Shown here one piece after another: positions 1 to 13,352 of a stretch of DNA of 64,000 nt. The notes beneath the pieces are model-generated. The model made no database searches. It saw only the letters and a list, made by a program, of their open reading frames with translations, and was not told the DNA's origin. Source of the stretch: Phoronis australis (taxonomy: Eukaryota; Animalia; Phoronida); contig NMRA01000184.1 of the NCBI GenBank assembly GCA_002633005.1, positions 189,255 through 253,254 on the forward strand. The letters are read 5' to 3'. The translations under genes were made by a program, and so were the position numbers. Positions within the stretch are counted from its first letter, which is position 1. Every line of letters starts with the position of its first letter.

Positions 1-89
1 AGAAATAAAATTTAATTTTTTCATTCTTTCAAAAAACATAAATAGCATCGAATTAATTCTATATCACTTTGAAAGATCTATACTATACA

Positions 90-250
90 CGCCATTTTAA
101 AAGTGAGCCTCTTTTTAGGTTTTAAAAACAATACATTCTGTGCTTAAACACAGTGCAAAGTGTGATTTTTTTTTGGCGTGCCTTGTTATATTTATGTCTC
201 TAATGCATTATTTTTTTAAACCTAAAAAGAGGCTCACTATAAAAAGGGCG
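90..250. repeat. Inverted repeat (fold-back or MITE-like), arms about 48 bp
   Basis: agtgagcctctttttaggttt at 102-122 is the exact reverse complement of 218-238; arms extend imperfectly to 90 and 250. Confidence 0.85.
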
Positions 251-3200
251 GCTTCCTGAATAAGGTCTGTACTACAGCTACCGTCAGACAATGATTCTGA
301 GAATTAGTGGGCATCCATAGCACTATTAGAAGCCTTGTTTGAAAAAGAAAAAAGACCAATTTGGCAATTATTTTGGTCTGAAATTGGTGAGATTTTATCC
401 TAAATGGTATAGCCTAGGCTCAACTGGGATAAACCACAAGTATGCCCTCCAGGCTAGAGCATTCATTTATTGCCCAGTTGGTGGTTTGTATCTCTGCTAT
501 GTCCTACTATGTGTTGTCACAACCTCAAGTAACCAAGTGTAACTAACCATTGGTCACTTGGCCTGTTCACCAGATGTTGTCCATCTGAAAGCATTGTGTA
601 ACCTCTGACCTATTGCACAAGCTTTGCCTGTCATGTTGTAATACAGAGTAAATCTGGACATGTACAATGTCAATTTGTGTCATCAGAGGTGACATGCTTC
701 ATTCAAGACCTGCACTGGTGCAACACAAATAGTTGACTATGTCAGCAGCTGCCCTCAGTCCGCTGTGCTGACTTAGCAGGAGATTTCAGTGTAGTTCATA
801 AATGGATCAAGTTTTGAGTTTAATATTTGTTCAAGTTGTGAATATTCATTTGAAAATGAGTATTTTTTTCAGAAAACAATATGGCTGATATAGCAGCAAT
901 TTGTTTAGTTTAGGATGCAAAGATTTGATATTTTTGACCATTGCAAGTGATGTGGGAAAGGAAGAAAAACTTCAGATTATTTTAGTTTACCATGGTAAAT
1001 AATTGCTATGTGACAATAATATTGAATTGTTTTTAGGGTTATTCATTTCTGACGGATCATAGCTTGGTTCATTGACTGCGCTCAGTAGTTCAACAAATGG
1101 AAATTTTTTAATCTAACTTTTGTCAGCGATTTCTATTTCCTTCACCATGTTTGTCACAAGTCATGAAGAATGAGGGATAAAATCTTTCTCCCCAATTGCC
1201 ACTAATCACTAATATGACTGCTTGGAAACACTTTTTGCACAACTTGGACTAAACAGAAGACTAGAAAAAGATGACATATTGTTTCTATTAAAAACCATCA
1301 GGATTGAAATAACAGCCTTTTACCATTATTTTAATACAAAATTTGTTTTCTTTGAATGTACAGAATTGCAATTTCTTTATTACAAATGCTTTGAAATTTG
1401 AGTGCTAAATTGCCATGGCGATAAATTGGTCAAAAGAACATTAGGAGACAACCATCAACATCATGTTAGATTTAAGAAAATAATCAGGTTGATGAAAACT
1501 GACAAGTTAGTGGTAAGCTCCTCCTCAAAAGTGGCAGTAAATGGATTGAAGTGAAATATTGACTGATCATTTGTATACAGTACTAGCCAAAAGTACTACA
1601 AAGTGAGCGGAATTCCCTCACGATCATGATGGTTGTGTTGAAGCCGAATTCATCTTCAGAATCGTCTTACTTCATGACCAAACCTGTTCGTTTTGCTGTT
1701 GACATAGTAAACCCTCATGATACGGGGCAAAATGATGTTTATTATTACTTTCTTTTTTCACTGTGTAGTGCACTCTGGTAAAAATCATTTTTAGTCTTTT
1801 ACACTGATCTGCAATGCCAATATTTGTTAACCCAATCAATAAGGTTTTTATTGAAATATTGTTTTTGCCTGCCGTACCCATGTCATTATGGGATTATGTA
1901 TTCGGGCAAATTTATCATCTGCTTGTATTTTGTAAATAGGTATTAGCATTGCACCTGTAAAAATACCGAGAACTATCAAGCGCATAAAATATTCTTAATT
2001 CCTGCTGTAAGCGTATTGGAATACAAGGGAAGGTGGAATGGGTGCACACCATATCCCACTAGGAGTCTAATGGGTAGTTTAAATGCAATTAACAGGTAGT
2101 GACAGGTAGTACAATTATGTATTGTTAGTGGTTATAAGCTGTTTGTTAGGTGCAGTGATGTTTTAATCTATTTGACTTCGAGGTAAACTTAAACAGACTG
2201 CATTGTGATATTTTTGCCACGAAACATTGCATTCGACTAAATTTTGCAAGATGGAGTATATACCACTGTCAAAAACTATAGAAAACTTATTTGTGTTAGC
2301 AGTGTGAAAAAATCCTGTTTTCCTGCTTTCCTGAAGCAAAAATGTAGTGTGTGTATCTTTTGAATATTGGAAACAGCTTGGCGAATCTTTCTTGTCAATG
2401 AAGTCAATTTGTCCTGTGACCTGTGCTGTAATGAATACCAGACCATGTGAAATAGGCATGTAGTGGGAGCCTGGGGTAATCTTATTACTACTGATAACTG
2501 ATGTTGGGTCACTGTAATTGTAGACTCCTTTGGAAGTCACAAGAGACATATTGTTTGCTAAGCAATTATTCTAACATTTTTCTGCCTCCCTGATTTCAAG
2601 CAAGATCAACCTTTCCAGCATTGAAAGGACAGAAGCCTGGCTGATAGGTGGTGGGCTGAGGCTGGGGTCAAACACAGTGGGAGGCTGCTTGACTTTATGA
2701 ACTCTTCTCTCAGATTTGGTTGAACAAATTTCAAGGGATTATGTTTGGTGATAGTTATGTGACCATCCAAACAATCAGCTGATGAAACCGAAAATTCATT
2801 CTCAAATTATTGCGTAAATAATCTTTTCTGTACTTTTATTGTTTCAAACTGTTGCAAAGTCTGCGCTTTTTGTATATTTCTAAAGTTTTTGTAAAGATTA
2901 TATTTCAAGTAGCAGCCCAGTCTGGTACTAGATATCTTGCAACTTCTGTTTATGCAATAGGCTGGATGCCTGGTATTTTTGTTTAGAAAATCAGTGCATC
3001 TTTTTTCTCTGTGGTCAGCTAAAGGCCAGTGATTATGCTACAGTTCAAAAAAGGACTGGTCATCGTGTGAAAATTGCAGTTTTCCCACCAAGTGTTTTTC
3101 AGCGTACAAATTTCATCTGTCAATGATTTACAGAGGGTAAAGGTGGTTGACTCCCTACTCGGTCCTTTGAAGTGTAGCTGATTGTCAGCCTCACTTTTTG

Positions 3201-3476
3201 TTCCTTTCTTGTTCCTGTTACTTGTGTTTTGGGACTTTTGAACTCGGCAATGGCAAGAATTTGTGTGAAGACGTGGATGTTGATTCTAGTATTTGTAAGT
3301 AGTGAACTTAGCTGTGCTTCTGCAAGATGTATTGATACCAAAATAAACCTCTCCGGAATTTTTGTGAAGAAGTGCTGGACGTTGATTTTGGAATTGATAA
3401 GTACTGTTTCGTTTGCAGTTTTCTACTTTGGTTCTTACCAAAGTAAGTTTCTCTGTAATTAAAATATCACTGTTTG

Positions 3477-3588
3477 CAGCGGTAGTCAGATATAAGATGC
3501 CCACATTTTGAGAACCAGTTTGATTCCCGTTATTCAGTGGAGAAAACTGGTTCTCAAAATGCAAGCACATCATATCCGACTATTACCC
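3477..3588. mobile_element. Palindromic mini-MITE of about 112 bp, copy 1
   Basis: cattttgagaaccagttt / aaactggttctcaaaatg inverted core; flanked by ctgtttg direct repeats; a homologue lies at 13238-13352. Confidence 0.7.
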
Positions 3589-4628
3589 TGTTTGTTTGTC
3601 TTCGTGGATGATACCAAATAAAAAGTTTCAACTTCCTGGAACTGTTAATTAAAACTTACATCATAGCTTTATTTTTCTAGAATGCTGAAGTATGTAACAA
3701 TGTAGACGAAATTACCGTACTGGAATTATTATACCAGTTTTCATACAGATATCTCCTTGACCAATTCTTTGGATGTGGGCAGGTCATAACTGTCCAAGAC
3801 AATCTTCTATTTATAATAATTTGTTGCAAAATTTTCTCAACAGATTTCATCCATTAAAGCATTTATTACCAAGACACGAAAGTTTGATTGTGGCTGTTAT
3901 CATTGTATCTCAAAAAATTCCATGACTTACGCTGGTTTTCATCAAAAATAAATAAGTTCAGTTATCTGCTATTTTGTGTCCTGAATTTGTGAAAGGAAGG
4001 ACCTGTTTTTTATGTCATTGGGTGCAGGTATCGTATGTTCATCTAAACATGTATAAGGTGTAAACAGGGCTAGTCCAAATAAGCTCACTGTCACCATAAA
4101 TTAAGAATTGTGGACATAGCAAAAAAGGATCCATATGTTTGGGTAATTAGAGGCTTAAATTCAATTTGTAAAAAGCACTTGAGTAAACAGTTTAATGCTA
4201 CAGGTCATTGACTATTAGTTTGGGATAAGGGATAACGAGGTGTTCAGCTTCAGTGAAATGGGATAATGTAGGGTCCAGTCAGTCAGTATCCTGTAGTTAA
4301 TAGAGCTATAATTGTGGCAAAAATGTTCTAAGGGACATTAGACTTCAAGATCGTCGTGATTGTTTGGAAGAAAAAACACAAGTTTGTGTGTTTTTATTCC
4401 TTATTAGTTTGTTATGCAGCACATCTCAATCCTATGGAAAATTGGAAACAAGTCCGTACTACTGCTGACTAAAGTATATTGATGAAAATATGAAAAGAGG
4501 AACGCTGATGGGAAAAAAATCTTAATACTACACTTTGCACTGTTTAGCTCAGGCTCATAAATGAAAATGGTATTTCGGGCCTTTGTAATCTTATAAAATT
4601 GTCTTGTATTTGACCTTATGGTGATTAA

Positions 4629-5050
4629 AGTGCGGTTTACACTTACAAAGTTGACACGGATCAGCTGACACAGAACAAGTTGTTCCAGTGTGTAAACGGA
4701 CTGACATGGCTCAAATTAACATCGTGGTGACAAATTTTTGCCACCCGTTTGGAAGGTAGAGTAATTTGCGCCCGAACATCTTGAGCCGTGTCAATTATAA
4801 GTCTAAACGCGAAACTGAAGTAAGGCGGAAAGGGTCATCTCTACTGCGCTTGTGTAATGACCTACGTACGGGTTCTTTGTCTCTGCAGCTCTCGTCACTT
4901 GTAAACCTGCGCATGTGCGATCCAGTCTCTCCAGCCTTTAATTTCCATCGTGCCACGGTTATTGAGTTGTGTGTGTAAACGGTCGCTTGACACGGTCAAT
5001 TTGCTCCGTGTCAGTTGCACTGGGCCAAAAGTTGATGTCTAAATGGGACT
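4629..5050. mobile_element. PIF/Harbinger-like MITE, degenerate
   Basis: Ends agtgcggtttacac / tgtctaaatgggact, inverted subterminal TGACACGG-type repeats, TAA near both ends. Confidence 0.6.
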
Positions 5051-5296
5051 AAGATTCCATTTCCAAGTAAACTCATTGGCAATGCCTACACACACCATTT
5101 TCGAATTCGCAATTTTGTTGTTGGTCAACCCCAGTCATCTGAAACATTTTCTTGAGTCTATTATGGTTACAATGTTCTTGCTGGTAATCCTATCATGGCA
5201 AGGAATATTATGATAACTGGATTTTATGATACTAGTAAAAGACGTAAATCAATTTTCGTTTTTAATCCAATTAAACAAGACAAAGTGCGGTTTTAA

Positions 5297-5789
5297 GTTG
5301 CTTTCCCATTAGAGGTGAAACTTTGCTTTTACCGAAGTTTCGGTTAGTGGGAAAGGTTAACTCCAGTAGTTCATCTGCAAGTGGAACATCGTTGCAAATA
5401 GGATTTAAAAGCGAAGCTTTGGTACTCACCGAAATCTCGGTGTAGTGGGAAAGGTCAAAGAGGCAATGATATATGATCGTGCGAAACTCACTAAATGTGT
5501 TTCTTGTTATTGTAGCATAGCCGACGTCCTTTCAGTAGACAAACGTAAATGAATATAAGAAAGTATATTTGATGAAGAATGACTGATGATTTTCATCAAC
5601 ACTCATAAATGGCAGGAGAGCAGTTCTCAGTTAGCCTCAAACCCTCTACTCAATATTCATTCGAGAGTACGATTGATCTGCGTCGTCTGGCATTTTAGCG
5701 ATAACTTTAATGTCACTGTCTAGTGTGAAAGGTAAGCGAATTTTCAGCTAAGCTTAGGTAAACTGAAGTTCCCCTGATGGGAAAGCGGC
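5297..5789. mobile_element. PIF/Harbinger-like MITE
   Basis: TIRs gttgctttcccattagaggtgaaactt / aagttcccctgatgggaaagcggc; TAA at both flanks; internal repeats accgaa.t.tcggt..agtgggaaaggt. Confidence 0.68.
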
Positions 5790-5866
5790 ATAAAACATCA
5801 TCCAATATTCACCGCAAATGTTCGCCCTTTTTGTTCAAGATTCTAAATGTTCGAATTCCTTTACAG

Positions 5867-5990
5867 GTGCTCTTAGATAGATGTCATGAAAAAAAGCAAT
5901 GTCAGATCACAGCCACCACAGCAGTGTTTGGTGCAGACCCCTGCCCGCATACTGGCAAATACCTCACAGTCAAATACAAGTGTCGGCCAA
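5867..5990 (+). CDS. EVA1C: EVA1C-like exon: C-terminal half of SUEL domain 1 (VLLDRCHEKKQC...FGADPCPHTGKYLTVKYKCRP)
   Basis: tttacag acceptor and a|gtaag donor; 124 nt, phase 0 to 1; SUEL DPC/KYL motif. Confidence 0.92.
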
Positions 5991-6616
5991 GTAAGTTTTT
6001 TTATGTTTTAACTACACCTTCTTGGTTTTACGTAAAGTGGTTTTGGTTCTACAGAATATGTTCATCGGTGAAGAACCTTTGTTTTTTGTGTTTTCAGGAC
6101 TTTTGGATTTTTATTACCAAAACTTTGTAATTTAGCAACCCCGCTGGTACTGGGTAATTTTTCATTTTGGTGTCATGCACCTACTGCTCCACCTATTGTG
6201 CAACAAAAATGAAAAACAGAGTACTTGGAAATAAGACAAAAATTATTAAGTACTCAGAGAACAATACTATGAACATTTATAGTAAAAAATTGTGAGACTG
6301 TTAAATTTTTTTCTTATGTGATATTCAGTTCTGTCCAGGACCCTGATAATAGTCAAAAGGTGAAATTTACGAATTTTTTTACGAACCCAGTTATTACAAG
6401 ACATTTTCACTGTGGACCTGCATGGCTCTGATCAAATATTGTTATTTGTTTTAAGATCAATTACCTGACCCCAAATTTTCCAAAACTGAATTATAGAAAG
6501 TTAATTTGAAATTAGAATTTGTATGAAAATAATTTTAAAATGTCCTTGTCATTTCACCCACCTCAGTCTTTGTGATTTGTTTTTAAGTGTACTGAGGTTT
6601 GTTGTGTAATGTGTGA

Positions 6617-6868
6617 TACGGTAAAATCTCGCCAATTTCGGAAAAAAGTAATTACCTAAACTATTCTTTTTCATTTTTTAAATTCTAACATTGTTGTGAA
6701 TGCCCACATTTTTTTCAAAATATTTTCTGATGTTAGTGACGGTACAAAGCTTGAACACAGAAAAAGTATTAAAAGTTGAGGCTACAAATCTTTTATAAAG
6801 AAATGAGAAAATAGATTTTCTTTTTCCTCAGCCGTATAGTTTCCAAAAATTAGTGAGATTTTACCAGA
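6617..6868. mobile_element. Tc1/mariner-like MITE
   Basis: About 28-bp imperfect TIR tacggtaaaatctcgccaatttcggaaa / tttccaaaaattagtgagattttaccaga. Confidence 0.65.
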
Positions 6869-7783
6869 AACCACTTTTATAGCATGCTTTGTAATGTTTC
6901 TCAAGTTTGTGTCTTATGCCACCTTGAATCAGTTGTTGTTGAATGTTATGTGTATTAAAGGGACACCTGGTGTCAGAATGTCAAAGTCAGAGTCACTCTC
7001 CAGTGGAAGTCTAAACAGCATTTGAATGAATCTTCTTACAATTCTCTTTCATTATTGACAAGTGCAAAACATCAGATATGAAAAAACGAATAACTGTTGG
7101 TTATAAATAGTAAAAAAAAATGATTTTGTTGCAATAGAAGCCATTGCATACTAGTAGGCAATGCAAATTATCTGAGAGTTACCAGATTTGTGGGTGATAA
7201 CCTTCTCTTAAAGCCCCATGCAGTGCCATCTTTAAAAACTAGTGTTTTGGTTCATGTTTTGGGGTTGTACCCTTTATTTTGGATTTTTAATACAGAGAGT
7301 TAGCATTCCTCATTATGCATCACGGAACCATGGTGTTCTGATTGATTGATTCAACAGAAAGATTGTCCGTTGCTAACTTGATTTGTTTCAATTTGAAGTT
7401 TGCATTTAACCTATGGTACCTTGTTATAGTACCACCTTGGTATAGTGTAGACCAGACTTCTCTGGAGAGTATTGAGAGATAATTGAAGACCTTCACAGAC
7501 TGTACAAATTACTCCTGATTCCTCAGAGTTCTGTTGCCCCTTCTGTTTAAGCTTGCAATTAGGGAAATTACCTGCAGGTTTCTGACATGTAACCTGTTCA
7601 GATTTTATATAATTCTGCTCTTGAAACTTGTTTATAAATAGATACAGTTCTGTTTTGGTTGTTACATACATGACTGACTTGTGTATTTCCTTGCTTGGCT
7701 TTGCTCAATATTGCATGGTTAGTTCTGTGTTGGAAAGTGGTTCCAAAGTTCAGAAAGACTGTAGATAGGAATTTACACAGCTT

Positions 7784-7880
7784 AAGGTGTAGCAAAAACA
7801 GGCGTTAACGTTGATGAAATCTGGTCGCAAGTTCGAATCCCACTGGAACCCACGGCTAGATCCTTGAGTCAAGTCTCTAG
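7784..7880 (+). mobile_element. tRNA-derived SINE 5' relic
   Basis: B-box GTTCGAATCC at 7831-7840 followed by a tccttgag.caag segment typical of SINE bodies; no cloverleaf. Confidence 0.45.
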
Positions 7881-8385
7881 CTCCTCAGTTCAGTTTCAAG
7901 TTGTATATGTTGATAGGTGTATATTACCAAATTATGAATGGATTCTGTTGTTAAATGCAATGCCCCCCCCCCAACATGCATCAGACCACCTGCACTATAA
8001 ATTTATCATTCTCTATGTTAGCTACATCAGTTGAAACTGGTCACCTAATAAGTTTACCAAACACTTAGGTCAATTACACCACTTGAGTGTTACTAATATG
8101 CTCAGGTCATATGGGTGACATATGAAATTGCCAAATCTTGTTTCTACCAACTTCCTGTTTATCAATGTTGATGATGGGTGACATTGCCTGGAGTAAAATT
8201 TATACTCAAACCAAGGACACAACACTTTCTGTTTTTTGGTTTTCAAGATATGTGGAAGCCTATGGACAGTTCTGTGCATTTAGATAACTGTCTGCAAAAC
8301 TATAGAATTTAACTTGGTTTATATTTTTTAAAGCAGAATGCCTGTAGAATTTTTGCATTTGGCTCGATTGTGTCATGTTACTACT

Positions 8386-8437
8386 ATGTCTTTTTAATAA
8401 AATTTACCACACCATGTCTTTTTAGTAAAATTTGCCA
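8386..8437. repeat. 28-bp tandem duplication
   Basis: atgtcttttta(a/g)taaaattt(a/g)cca occurs twice. Confidence 0.75.
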
Positions 8438-11400
8438 AAAAAACGAAAGGTGCAATCATAGTGAGACAATGGTGATAATTTTTTCTTGTAAAGTTTAAGA
8501 TGAAATCTCAAAAACGCTGTTTATGATTTTTTTAACTAGATTTAAGATTATGTTTTGTGTAATTTTTACTATTTTGTAATAAAATTGTTATAAGTTCTCT
8601 TTTTGATAGCTCCTCGTCCAAAAGTGGAACATTTTAAAAACATTCCCTAAAAGGATTTTGCAGAATAGTGCATAAAGCATTAGTATCTAAGAGTTTCTTT
8701 TGAAGCTATTCAGTTATTCAGGTATGATGTTCTGAAATTAGGCCAAGGCTGAATACTTTTCTAGAGTCTTGCATTATCTTGAAGAACATCTTTCTCTCTG
8801 TTGTTGATTATTCTGTTATTTCCTGTAACTGTCTTCTGACAAGGTGTTTGTACACTGGTTTCTCCTGTATATAAGCCATTGCTATAAAACACTTGAATGT
8901 GGAAAATATTTTTTGTTTATTCTTCCGTCCAGTGCCTTCTACAAAAATTGGCCAAAAATTGGTTGCAGACCGGTTTCAGCTTACAAAAAATGTTTTCATG
9001 GGCTTGCCAAATGGGTTCATAGAAAGGTCTTATTTTCACAATGAGTCTCGAAGTTGGCATCATTCAGACACTGCGTTGCATAAAAATTATATCCAGGTGA
9101 TCATCTCATCCTGTTCCTTACTAAGATTACACGTGATTTCTAGGCTTGAGAAGAGTTGTCAGATCCTTAATTGCTTCAGGCCAGGTCTTGGAGTAAGGTT
9201 GCTTGTCAGGCGCCATTAGTTTTAGTCATCAAGCCAGTGTGACCATCATGTGATTTACTGTAACCAATTAAAATACAAACAGAGAAAAAGAACACCATGA
9301 CAGTTGCTTTGGATGAGCAAATATGAAGAAAGTTGATGTAGCTGAACATCAGGATAATGGTTTGTAAGGGATTTTAACATTTTATGTTTAATTTATTTTT
9401 CTAAAAACACCATTGATTTGGATCAAATGTTTGGTAATGACTGCAAATGATGGTGAAATTGCTGTAGGAATCGTTACATGGAGTTGATGTCAGAGGGGCT
9501 TTGGTGAAGCAGAAAATATCTCAAGTCTGTAGTTGCCATGGGAACTAAGATTATACATTAATCTTTGATGGGACTTCCATTTATTTATGATATGAACAGA
9601 TATATATGAAGACATAAGCAGTCAGAGCCTGGTAAAGTTGGACAGGCAACTAGTATTGAATGTGTGTTGTACAATGTGAGTGTGTATTATTCTGTTAAAT
9701 TGAAAGTCTAAAGTAGTAATATGTGAATGTCTGGAAAATTTACATTCCTTCGCTCAGCTGATGGTGTGTAGCCATAGGAGTTGTTCAATCCTGCTTGGTT
9801 TTAGCTGCAGATTTTAAAAGGTTGGCAAGTATATATATTAGTCGGTGGGCCAGATCTCATAGCGTTCATCCTTGTGAGTACTTTGGGGGGGCAACCTATT
9901 TTTTTTCTATGTGGCTAGATAATATACCTATAAATCAAATTCCAAAAAGTTCCCACGTCTACACTTGCACATTTTTTTTAAAAAAAGGTGTTTTTGTTGC
10001 ACAAAATATGATGCACATTCCTGCCACTTGGTGGTGCTTTTCTATTGAATTGAAAAATATATACATTACTGAAGAAATGTCTATTGTCAATTTGGCAACA
10101 CCATGTATTTCATCTCCGTGTATTATTTAATTACAAAAACTCACAAGACTTAAATCTCTGTGAGGCTGGCATCACTTAAAGTCACACATTGCCGGAAATG
10201 TGACATTTTTTAATCTGAAAGTCATGGGTAATTTAGTAAAGACACGGATTATAGCACCCAAGTGAACCATATGAAATGACCTGACGCAGCATCTGCAGTG
10301 ATGAACCCCCACATGTTACACCGCAGGTCAAAGTTGGTATACAAACAAAACTGGTTTCATGCTAAAGTGAGAATTTCTATGGACATCTATTATGAAGCTA
10401 AAGCTGTGGTGTGTTGTGTTTGTTTTTAGCATGTTTTTCTGTGCCAAATGATCCTTCGATCATATCCATGTATTAATAGCTACAAGAGGTATAAGGTTGA
10501 ACAGATAGTCACAGTTGCCTTTAGAGGAAGGATGGGTAGGTTGATGGCCAGTTTTAAAGCAAAGAACTAACAAGTTTGTGTTCAAAATGTTTATGGTACA
10601 TTTGATGATTTAAGTTTTGTCACTTATATCAATTTTTCTTTAGCCAGTTTAATTTGTTTAATATCCTTATAGGATTATTAATTATTACAGGTTGGATTTA
10701 AATTTCGAATTTGATTTCTGGTGAAAGTGTTCTGGTTTTCATGAAACTGTGTGGCAACTAGTACTTCCCGGAAACAGTTGGTTAATACTCATTTCGCTTG
10801 TAGTGAAAACGTTAGGAGTGGCGAAAACCCTGGCGTCTTAGTCAGATAGACGTGCTGTCCTCAAAGGAGTCATTTTTGTCAGCACTTAGTTCGTTTCCTC
10901 ACCACCTGAATTGTTTCTAAAGCGAAAATTGATGCTCAGTGAATAGGGTTATCTCACACTGTGCATGCACAGAAAATGCCTTTGTCTTATGACTGAGTGT
11001 TTCCTGTGAAGTAAGCAGTCTGCAGTTTTTGGGTGATTTGTATTGTACCAATAGGTGACCCTTGCAGCCATTCATGTGTTGTTTTTGCTATGAGCAAAAG
11101 TGATAGCATTTTATCCAGTTTGTGGATTTCTTAGGGCAAGCTTCTTCCATTTAGTTGTTAAAGTAGTGTCGTTCTTGTGTGAAATCTGGTGAAAATAAAC
11201 CTGTGTAATTTTACAAGCTAATTTTTTCCTAGTAAAAATTTGCATAGAGATACGAATTTGCCAGCATTCTGAGCTCCACCAAATTTCAATGGATTAATAC
11301 CACTGGTGGGAGTTAGGGATTATTGATGACATACGTGGTTTGTTTAAGGTAAAGATTGGTGCTGGCACATGAGTTCTAACTGTGTAGTATCAGTGTCTGC

Positions 11401-13237
11401 CTCTGGGGTGACTTTCTGGTATTCATGAATCCTTTGGGGATATAACTGCGCAATTTATCTTGTGTACTTTTTCCTGAAATATTTTTGAGAATTCAAAATA
11501 CATGGGAACAGTACTAATGCAGCAACCCTTAGTTTTAAAAGCCTCCTCTAACTGTTGGTGTGCTGCCAAGAATTCATGATTGATTGACATGTCTTAGTTT
11601 TTGATCAGTGTTATCTAGCAGAGAATGAGTTAAGCAAACATACAAATTTCTTGTAAAGTGTCAGTTAGTATTCCACGCTAGCCATTTATCTTCTCCTGAG
11701 AGCAGTTTAGTTCACTATAATGACCATGGTGGATGATGTTGTTTTGCTGCATGTGGAAATTGAAGAAACCCTGGGAATGATTCAGTTGAAGTATATCATT
11801 GCATCTGCCATTTTCCTTTCATCTTCGCTCTCTGTAGGGACACTCCCTGAAGTGTTTTTGCAGTAGAGTGGATGTCATGGTGGTTGTTTTTGCATTGAGA
11901 TAACTGTGCTGTAGTTTCAGTCCGCTCATGGTGCGAGGCCGGCTGCTATTTCAAGTGGTTATCTGTAAACTGTGCTGTTAGTATTTCCAGGAAAGGGATG
12001 ATATCGAAAGACATGAAGTGCTGTTAATCTTTCTTTTTCACAAATTCTTTTTAGTTTTGAAGTCTATGATTGTTTATATGTACTAGTTGATGTTATGAAG
12101 TTTTACTATTGGCATGCTTATTGAGGCTGTAAATTTTGTTTTCAAGTTTATCTTGATTTTAAGCTAGCAGTAAGCCAATGCCTTTTGAAAAAGAAAACAT
12201 GTTTTTATCATAGCCTGTAGTTAACCTTTGTTTTGTTATCGTGGACCCCCCTCCTGTGTTAATTAAAGTTTGTGACTTGGCATTTTATTGGTTAAGGGTT
12301 GCTTAGCTTTATTTCAGGTAAAGCAATGATGATTTGTTGTTAGGTGAGGCTTCTCACGATTACCTCTGGTATGCTGCTACAGGTGATCATCAAATGGAGG
12401 TACTTCCAGTGTTTATGTCAGTTGGTTAAGGTGTCTGTTGGGAGGGCTATTTTCAGATCAAACACTGGTTGGTAGTACGTGAAGTGGTGTTTTGCCAAGT
12501 GTGCTGAAAGCGGCCATTTCAGGGCAGTAGTGAGGTGCTTTGATGTGTGCTCAGTTGGTGTGAAAGGAATACAGCTCACTTGGGTCATTTTTCGATATAG
12601 TGGGGTCATAAGCTATGTAGTTGGATGCCGATAGAATATTTTGTGGACAGATATTTGCGCCACCTACAGCTGTTCTGATGAAAATTTACAGCAGTGGGGA
12701 TTTCACAGCGTTCTTTCAATTTTTTGTTGCAATCATCGTGCCATTGGTGCAGAGTGGATATTTAATTGATTCTGTCAAAATGTTCTCTGCGTCATAAAAT
12801 GTCAGTTAGTGAAAGAAATTGCATTTTGTCTTTGGTATACTGTCTTGCCAGTCAGAATTCAAAAGTGGGTCAAACGAAAATGACTTTTGCATAATGCATG
12901 CAATGCTCAGGAAATGTATTTCAGATATTTGCAATTGCTTAATGACTCTGTTGGATAGATTACATCAGTGGTGTGGTGTAAACATAAGTAACCATGAGTA
13001 ACCAGGCGGCTTCCACTGGTATCTCAATTGCTTTTGTAATATATTCATAGCTTCAATGTGTACCTGGGTTGAGATCAGCAGACGTAGGAATCTCACGAAG
13101 GAAGCTAGTGTGTTCACATTTGCTTGTTATACATGGTGATATTTAACGAAGGTGTGTGTAATCTTGCATTTTCACGAAAATACTCTATAAACAGCTGAGA
13201 TATTTTTATTGCTATTGTTTTTGTATGCAGAATTTGA

Positions 13238-13352
13238 CAGTAATGGTCTGATATAACGTGCCTGAATTTGATAACCAGACTGAGTACTTTTTTCCACTAA
13301 GTAACGGGCATCAAACTGGTTCTCAAAATACTGGCTCGTCCGACTATTGCCG
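13238..13352. mobile_element. Palindromic mini-MITE of about 115 bp, copy 2, with TSD
   Basis: Ends cagtaatggtctga / tccgactattgccg; gaatttgac repeated at 13230-13238 and 13352-13360. Confidence 0.72.

Noticed and set aside
7784-7860. Possible tRNA gene (GTTCGAATCC)
   Set aside because: No acceptor, D or anticodon stems can be formed; it fits a SINE relic better.
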